The notes beneath the pieces are model-generated. The model did not search any database. It was not told the origin of the DNA and worked only from the letters and a program-made list of their open reading frames with translations. A stretch of DNA of 61,841 bases, counting the filler. It is 11 parts of 11 records of this genome, joined end to end, with 100 filler letters (N's around TTAATTAATTAA, not from the genome) between each part and the next. Parts side by side here need not be neighbours in the genome. Positions count along the whole stretch, not along the records: positions 49,397 to 61,841 come from SRR7504441_12831; 10 more parts are not named here. One strand, given 5' to 3'. A program made the position numbers and the translations under genes. Positions 55,077 through 61,841 of this stretch are shown one piece after another (position 1 is the stretch's first letter; each line of letters opens with the position of its first letter).

Positions 55077-56537
55077 CTAAGTCTTGTTCGCCCCCTTGAA
55101 AAACGAACCCGTACCATAGCGATTAACGCTGCCTTGAAACATGAGCTTGAACGCGCTCGGCTTTTTACTCGGTTTCTCAACGCCGGCTCCAACCCGATTG
55201 CTCTCCTCCCTCAGTGGCATCGGATGCTCCCCTCCAACTTCGCTCGGTTTGACGGCTGTGGCTGCACTGGCTGGTGGGCCTGGCTCCAGCAGCTCGAGCG
55301 CCCTTCCCAGCTCCTCCACCTCAGCGGCCTCCGGCTGCTTATCCTGGTCTCGCAGCTTGGCAGCCAGCTCGCGTGTATCATTAACAGCTCCTCGCAGCTC
55401 CGCCCCACCCCCGGCCTCGAGCACAGCCTGAAGCTCAAGCACCTCGGCCGCCTCCGCATCACATCCGGCCGCCCTCAACTTGGCTGCTACTGTTCCAGCT
55501 GCCGTGGCCGCCTCTGCCTGCCGAACCGCGCTAATTCCCTTGAACCAGCCTTTGGATTGAGCCTGCACCTGTGCCAGCGCCTGGTTGGCGGCCGCCTTTT
55601 TGTCGCCAGAAGTGTGCAGCCCGTCGACGATTTCACTCAGGTCCGTGACTGGGCCTCCACCGAGCGCGCCGGCCGGCGCTTTGGTAAGCGATGGTCCCAT
55701 CGCCCTCTGCTGCACCCCAGCCTGGACTCGAGCCAGGAGCTCCAGCTGATCTAGCCCCCCCTGCCTGACAGGACTGCCCGCCACACCCCGACGGCCGGCC
55801 GTCCCTAGCTCGAGCTGCTCGGTCGGCCTCCTCTTCCGGCGCTGCTCGCGCTTGTGATTGGCCTCTTGCATAAGCCTCTCCACTGTACTCTGCAACTCTC
55901 TGACAACCCAGGTCCGGCCCGCGAGCTCCTTCTGCGCGTCGCTGAACATGGCCTCGATCTGTTGCACGGCCTCGTGCTCGGCCTCGTAGAACTCCCACGC
56001 CTTGCCCAGCTCCGCCTCCTTCTCCTCCAGCGCCGCCTTCAGCCCCAACAGCTCCTGCGCATGCCCCTCCGACAGCGCCAACAGCGCCTTCTCGGCCGTC
56101 TCGGCTCGCTCGGTCAGCGCCTCCTCCCGCTGGCCGGCCTTTGAGTTCCGGGCCTCCAGGCTACTCAGCCGGCTCTCTCGCTCCGCCAGCCGGTTGTCCA
56201 ACGACCGCAGCCGCACCGCCAGGTCTGCTTCGAGTGATCCGGCGAGCACGCTAGACAGGTCGGCCTGACGCAGCCGGTACGGGGTCTGGCAGACGTGGCA
56301 GCAGCCCGGGAGCCCGGCGTCGCCCCGGGTGGGGTTTGCGAGCACCTTGAGCCTCCAGGCCAGCAGCGAGCGTTCTATCAGCTTGCGGGCGCTCTGCTGG
56401 TGCCACAGCCGGCAGCCAGGGCAGTCCAGCCAGCTGCGCGAGTACCAGCCGTTCCGGCTCCCCCCCGCAGTCGTCACCCACGCCGCCCGCCCTGCCGGCG
56501 GCGAGTCTGACTGGCTGATGAGCGGAGCTTGGACCAT
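55077..56537 (-). CDS. Coiled-coil protein with degenerate RING-like Cys motifs
   Basis: ATG 56537. CPGC..H...W...CHVCQTPY, followed by long heptads. Confidence 0.6.
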   Translation of the reverse strand: MVQAPLISQSDSPPAGRAAWVTTAGGSRNGWYSRSWLDCPGCRLWHQQSARKLIERSLLAWRLKVLANPTRGDAGLPGCCHVCQTPYRLRQADLSSVLAGSLEADLAVRLRSLDNRLAERESRLSSLEARNSKAGQREEALTERAETAEKALLALSEGHAQELLGLKAALEEKEAELGKAWEFYEAEHEAVQQIEAMFSDAQKELAGRTWVVRELQSTVERLMQEANHKREQRRKRRPTEQLELGTAGRRGVAGSPVRQGGLDQLELLARVQAGVQQRAMGPSLTKAPAGALGGGPVTDLSEIVDGLHTSGDKKAAANQALAQVQAQSKGWFKGISAVRQAEAATAAGTVAAKLRAAGCDAEAAEVLELQAVLEAGGGAELRGAVNDTRELAAKLRDQDKQPEAAEVEELGRALELLEPGPPASAATAVKPSEVGGEHPMPLREESNRVGAGVEKPSKKPSAFKLMFQGSVNRYGTGSFFKGANKT

Positions 56538-56579
56538 CTCGCCAAACCAAATCGTGTGTGAAATTTCCTGAGGACAGAA

Positions 56580-57203
56580 ATGGCCACGGTGCGTGGGATC
56601 GTCACAGCCGTGGAGCGCCCGAGCGGCAGCGGCGGCGCGGAGCACCCCAGGAGCGGGGTGGCCGAGGAGCTGGCGGTGCTTTCGATGGGCTGCTTCTGGA
56701 AGGCTGAGGCTCTGCTCGGCGGGGTGCCTGGGGTGCTGGCCACCGACGCCGGGTACGTGGCCGGAGCCGAGGCCGCCCGTTGCAAGTTCGACCCTTCGGT
56801 GACCGGCTTCGACGCGCTGCTCGACCTGTTCGAGCAGTCACTCGCGTCGGCCCAACAGTGGAAGAATAGCAAGTACTGCTCGGCTGTCTACCCCCGGACG
56901 GAGGCCCAAAGCGCAGCCGCCATCGCCCGGTTCGGGCCGGATCTGGTCCGCGAGTTCCGCGGGTTCCGACTGGCTGCCCGGACGGACCAGAAGTAGCCTG
57001 TGCTGCCGGAGGGGTCTGACCGGCCGGGCAGGTATTACCTTCAGCACACCCCGGCCGGGCGCAAGCTGGGTGCCCGGGTGCAGCAGCCAGCCGGGCCGGA
57101 GCGGAGCAGAATGCTGGCGAAGGCGAACTATGCGGCGGCCCAGGCTGCAGGCCTGGGGCTGTCAGGATGCGGCTCTGGCGCCTGCCGGCTGGCCAGTGCG
57201 TGA
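56580..57203 (+). CDS. msrA: Peptide methionine sulfoxide reductase A-like protein
   Basis: MGCFW, GVLATDAGY, FDP..F..LLDLF and YCSAVY. Intron 56993-57031 restores DQKYYLQH. Confidence 0.85.
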
Positions 57204-57897
57204 AAGCAGGCCAATTCCGGTCCCAACATCGGGCTGCAGGCGCTGCAGGCCTCCTATCGTCCTCTGCGCGGAGGTTGCGGCCAACGGCCCGTGTCGAGCC
57301 GTGAGGAGCGCTCTAATGTGATTGCTTCTCCTGAGGCAGGGAACCATGACTGCAAGACTCTCTCGGAGCAATCTCAGCCACATCTGGTGCAGATTTGTGA
57401 AGGGGGATGGCCGGGCTGAGCTGGCACTTGCTAGCGAACTCCGGCTGCTGAAACGCTCCGAGGGCAGTCTCTCCTACAGTACGCAGAGCATTGCGAAGAT
57501 GCCATGGCGACGGTCAATCAGATACGCTAGCCGAATGGTCATGCGTGTATGCGTGCATGTGAACGTGTAGGTAGCATGCGACCTTAATGCGACCTCAAAC
57601 CCTCTAGCGATCTAAAATTTACTTGCAACCTCAAACCCTCTCGCGAGAAATCCTCGGAGTCACGCACTCGGACGGTATGAGCACCACTGGCGCGGCGCTT
57701 TGTATTGCAACTTGTGCTCCTTTATTACAAGCACTTCTAGGCAGCAACCTATGGGCTTCTGTTGCTGCTACTCCTACTCCTACTTCTCACTGTGAATACC
57801 GCTGCCATCACTGGTGCGGCGTGCCGCCTATCACTGTCTGTCGCTGTCTCTCTGCATGGCACACCAGCCACCCCCCGCTCTTCCCTCGGCGACCGCT

Positions 57898-58499
57898 CTA
57901 GCTAACCTTGGCCAGGGCTGCCTGTACTGTCTTGAGGATCAGCTTCAGCTCAGTCACAACGCTGGCGGTCTGCCCCCCACCCCAACAGTCAGTCCCTCCC
58001 CTCGGCCCACTGTGCCTATCAACATCTCATCCAGCCAGCAGGCCACACACCTTCACGGCCTTCTCCTTCTTCGCCGGCTTGGAGCGCTTCAACGGCTTTG
58101 TGCCCTGCGCCCCCGACTCAGTCTCAGCAGGCCGGCAGGCCGACTCACCTGAGCGGGGAGGGTGCCTCGATGGTACTCTGCGTTCTCTACTATGTCGCTT
58201 GCCTTGCGCTTGCGGGTGCCACTGATCTTCAGCGCCTGGATCTCCCACGCGCTGCCAGAGGATGACTCCGGCACGCCCGGCTTGACGCCCTTGCGCAGCT
58301 TGGGCGCGGCCTTCTTCGCTGACTTCTTGGCGGGGGTGGCCTTCTTCGCGGACTTCTTGGCCGGCGGGGCCTTCTTGGCGGAAGGCTTCTTGGCCGGCGG
58401 GGCCTTCTTGGCCGGGGTCTTCTTGGGCGCTGTCTTCTTCTTCGGGGCCTGCGGAGCAGCCGTCAGTGGCGCTGTTGGCTCCAACAGCGAACGTACCAT
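57898..58499 (-). CDS. Histone H1-like Lys/Ala/Pro-rich protein without a winged-helix domain
   Basis: ATG plus intron 58449-58496 gives MAPKKKTAPKKTPAKKAPPAKK. Further introns follow; the last exon is uncertain. Confidence 0.65.
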
Positions 58500-58571
58500 G
58501 GAGATCAGTGTTGGTTTGTCCTGGCGTAACGGTTTCAGGATAACCGCCTGAAGCTGACCAACGGCATAACA

Positions 58572-59726
58572 ATGCAATTGCCGCCCTACTCGTCGATTCC
58601 GGAGGGCCAATTCCTGGACGAGTTGGTGCTAGACTACCTCCGCTTTCGCGGCTTCACCGCCACGTCCCCGCCCGGCCGTCACCCGGCCCAGCCCCGCGCA
58701 GGTCCGACGAGTTCCGCAGGGAGCGGAGGGTGCGCGGGGACCCGTCACGCCGGCAGCAGGCCGCCCGGGCCGACTGGCCGGCGTGCGAGCGGCGGGTAGG
58801 TGCAGTTTATTGTGGACCGGCTGCTGCAGCACGCGGCGGCCGGGGACGAGCCCCACTTGGTGGCGTTGTGGCGGGCGGTCAGCGGCTGGTAGGCTGACTG
58901 GCGGGCGCCGGGAGCTCGGGCAGGCTGCTGGGGCCGGTGTGCGGGGACATCTGCCACCAGGTGCAGTGCGACATGTGGCGCTACTACATGGTGCTCGGTG
59001 CCTTTACTCGGGCTTCCGGGCGGGAGCCGCGGGGCAGCGATCCGGCATAACAAGACCGACCGGATCCGGAGCCTTCTCACCAACCACGGGCACGTGCTGG
59101 CCGGGCAGCCCGACTACTCGGACTGGTGCGGGCTGGCGGTGGACGCCAGATCGGCCAAGCACCGGGTGCGGGGCTACCTAGACGACGGATGGTCTGAGAC
59201 TTTTGAACTCTCGTTGCACAACGTGCTCGCCAGCGCAATCGCGTCAGCCGGTGGCGGCGGCGGCAGCCGGGGGTTCAGGGTCGGCGGCAGGGCCGTTGAG
59301 GATTGACCAATTTGAGCTGACGGCCCAGCGGCTGGAGGCTCGGGAGGTGGCGCTAGCGGAGCACAAGAAGGCAATGTATGAGGTTTCGGAGGAGCTTACG
59401 ATGACTAGCAACCAGCTTCGCACGCTCCAGACAGTAGCCCGGCCGGCTGACTGGTTAATATGGGCTGGGCAGATGGACCAGGAGCGAGTGGGCGCAGCAG
59501 TAGCCGACGCACCGCCGATGGAGGCCGAGCGTGAGGTTCTCAACCTGGTCGCTGGCGCAGCTGACTCGTGTTGCAGCGTGTGCCAGAACCGGAATCGCCA
59601 AAGAGGCCGTCGAGCTGGATGGCGTCGAAGCTGAATATGCTCAAGGACGGGATAGCATCACTGAAAAACTCCAAGGATAGCCCTAGAAGTAGGAAAAACT
59701 CTACTTCAAGTGCGCATGGATTTTAG
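58572..59726 (+). CDS. WDR91 N-terminal (LisH/ARMC9-like) domain protein with coiled coil, about 7 introns
   Basis: Spliced product: LDELVLDYLRFRGFTAT, IVDRLLQ, ALW, WRYYMVLAI..KTDRI, W..L and WSETFELSLHNVL. Confidence 0.7.
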
Positions 59727-59939
59727 CTACAATCATGTACGTGCGATAACTACTGGCCATGCATGGCACAACGTAACTAAGCTGGTTATACATGTGATTA
59801 ATCATGTATAAACTATATATGTGTACTAAGACTATAGATATCTAGGCTGTCAATTATTCAGTGAAGCCAATCTTTGACATATAGTTGTAAACGCATCTAA
59901 AACATAATTATGTGATTATGATGTATTTTCGGTGAATGG

Positions 59940-61841
59940 CTAGCACTGAATGAATCCAGCATCGCTACGCCATTCCCACTTGTTCCCCCAGTATCCTGCA
60001 GCCAACAAGCCACCATAGCCCTTCCACGCTGTCTCAGGCCCATACACCGCGTAATCAGCCACCATGTTGCTAAGCGGCGGCCGAGTCAACTCTTGACTCA
60101 TCGAAAACGAAAACCTCACAGCGGTTCGCAGACCATCCGCGTCGGTGCCGGCTACTACCAATGCCCTTCGAGCCGTCCGCCTTGTGCTGTCCCAGTGCGG
60201 CAAAGTTGAAACTAGCCCAAGCCCCGCTCCACCAAAGCTGCACGGACCAACGGCAAAACTGTCCGTGCTGTTGAATATGGACATCGATCCCGCCAATTTG
60301 GTGGTCCAGCTATTTGCCTCCGGCCCTCCGACCAGCACCAGATTATGCGCCTCAGCAGTGGCTGCATCCAACTGGTGGTCCAGGATCATCCTTACGCTTG
60401 TCTCTGCAGCGTGTGTGTGCCCATTAGCGATCCACAGCGCCACCTCCTCGCAGACCGCATTAACCGCTGCCTGCTTGGCACCACTGCCCTGCACTACCAA
60501 AAAGGGTGCTGAAAACACTCGTCGAGCAGGGCCCACATTTGCAGGCCCTCTACCAGTCTGCTGATACTCTTCGCCGTCAAGACACGTGCGCCATCTAGCG
60601 CGGCCATGCTCGCAAGGCCGGCAGAGTGTGGTGGCTGGATTGAGCAAGTCATGCCCCACGATATCCACCTGTTGGCCGTCCATCCACAGGCTATCACGGC
60701 TCTGCAGCGCCCCAACGGCTCGCACCACACGCACCCTGCATAGATTCGTGCTCGTTACCCGCCAGTCACACGACGCCGATGGTTCACACACCCGGGTGAC
60801 CTGAGCGCGCGCTAGCCTGAATGGCGTGACCACTTGCAGCGGTTGGAGCCCGCCGCGAGAGACAAGGGCTGCCGGACTGGTCACTATCAGCTCAAACTTC
60901 TCAGGAAGTGGCGGCGCTGGTCGGTCGAGCGCCGCAGTAACAAACCGGCGCATTTCGGGGTCGTTCATCGTGCCACCGTCGTTTGTTTTGAACGAATCCC
61001 ACCACCAGTGAGGCTTTCCAGTCAGCTCGGACAGCGAGGCCGGCCCACCATGCTCTTGGACTAGACGCACCATTCGCCGGGTCAGGTATGGCGGGACAGA
61101 GTTGTCGGCGCTGCCTACGCGTGCGAGTACGGGCAGCGCGCTAAAGTGAGGGGCGTGCAGCTCGACGTTGTTTTCCATCAAGGTCGAGGTTAGTATCGCC
61201 TGCAGCTGGGGGTCCAAGTGGGATAGAGATACGTCTTTGTCGAAGACAAGGTTCGCATCCCCATATGCCTCTCGCCTAAGCCAACCAGAAGCCGGCGCCG
61301 CTGCCAGCACCGCATCCGGCATGTGGCTGGCGAGCAGCCAAGCTCCGTGCCCTCCTCGTGAGTGTCCAGTGATGACCAGCCTGGACCGATCCAGCTCACT
61401 GCCGTGCAGGTGTTTCCAGGCTACAACACGCTCACTGAGTGCCACAAGAGACGCGACAGCGGTGGCCTGGCCGTGGCCCTCCCAATTGTGTGCTCCAGCG
61501 CGCTCGGGCGCGAGGACCCACGCAGTCTCGAATCCAAACAACCAGTCGCCGTTTTCGCTCATGTACTTGTACGCGTCGGCCTGGTTCTGCGGAGACACGC
61601 CCACCCCCGATAAACTCAAAACTACGCCGCACGCTCGAGCGCATTTGCGACGAGGCGCTATCGCGGCTGCCACACTGACGGATCCATCCGAGTCTCTGAA
61701 AGTGAAGAGGAACGACTGGGTTGGTTTGCGGCACCGGACGAAAAAGCTGACGGATTCGACGCCCCGACTGCCGTCAGGCAGCTCCCACTCAATGCTGGCC
61801 TCGGCTTTTGCACAGTTTTCGCGCTCTCCAACAGGTGCGAG
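59940..61841 (-). CDS. Alpha/beta-hydrolase (peptidase S9-like), 5' partial
   Basis: GHSRGGHGAW nucleophile elbow, GSADNSVP (Asp) and GKPHWW (His). Frame stays open to the window end. Confidence 0.8.
   Translation of the reverse strand, partial: LAPVGERENCAKAEASIEWELPDGSRGVESVSFFVRCRKPTQSFLFTFRDSDGSVSVAAAIAPRRKCARACGVVLSLSGVGVSPQNQADAYKYMSENGDWLFGFETAWVLAPERAGAHNWEGHGQATAVASLVALSERVVAWKHLHGSELDRSRLVITGHSRGGHGAWLLASHMPDAVLAAAPASGWLRREAYGDANLVFDKDVSLSHLDPQLQAILTSTLMENNVELHAPHFSALPVLARVGSADNSVPPYLTRRMVRLVQEHGGPASLSELTGKPHWWWDSFKTNDGGTMNDPEMRRFVTAALDRPAPPLPEKFELIVTSPAALVSRGGLQPLQVVTPFRLARAQVTRVCEPSASCDWRVTSTNLCRVRVVRAVGALQSRDSLWMDGQQVDIVGHDLLNPATTLCRPCEHGRARWRTCLDGEEYQQTGRGPANVGPARRVFSAPFLVVQGSGAKQAAVNAVCEEVALWIANGHTHAAETSVRMILDHQLDAATAEAHNLVLVGGPEANSWTTKLAGSMSIFNSTDSFAVGPCSFGGAGLGLVSTLPHWDSTRRTARRALVVAGTDADGLRTAVRFSFSMSQELTRPPLSNMVADYAVYGPETAWKGYGGLLAAGYWGNKWEWRSDAGFIQC

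Noticed and set aside
56560-56700. Selenoprotein form of MsrA
   Set aside because: The catalytic codon is TGC (GCFW) and the upstream TGA is out of frame.
56990-57035. Apparent stop-codon reassignment or readthrough (TAG in msrA, TGA in SHQ1 and TMEM53)
   Set aside because: Each in-frame stop falls inside a short intron whose removal restores conserved motifs. TAA, TAG and TGA all end genes normally.
248-59600. Introner-type family of mutually similar introns
   Set aside because: The introns share length and composition, but I saw no extended sequence identity or terminal inverted repeats between them.
1-61841. rRNA, tRNA, transposase, viral or prokaryotic defence genes
   Set aside because: None were recognisable by eye. 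tRNAscan-SE, Infernal and HMM searches would be needed to exclude small RNAs.

Overview
This is not one continuous locus. It is 11 contigs of a GC-rich, very gene-dense microbial eukaryote, joined by ten artificial 100-nt linkers (N44-TTAATTAATTAA-N44), so adjacency across linkers carries no meaning. The taxon cannot be fixed from the sequence alone. Genes carry short spliceosomal introns (mostly ~35-55 nt; GT-AG plus several probable GC-AG), which split many of the supplied ORFs. I reconstructed about 28 genes by hand. They include two HECT E3 ligases, an RNF213-like AAA+ fragment, two related F-box proteins, a SET methyltransferase, SHQ1, FolD, MsrA, two GST-fold proteins, SCCPDH, TMEM53-like, a WDR91 N-domain protein, an H1-like protein, a CAP-ShK protein and several secreted CAZyme-like proteins. 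Four signals are most interesting. (1) A secreted His-brace LPMO-like domain fused to an ependymin-like domain, visible only after splicing. (2) An acidic-HDAC-AIG2/GGCT-like-ankyrin fusion. (3) A TAACGG (Myb/MSA-like) motif in 7 of 8 tiny bidirectional promoters. (4) A CxxC...CxCGGxH...H putative zinc finger I cannot assign to a family. All family calls come from motif recognition, not database searches.
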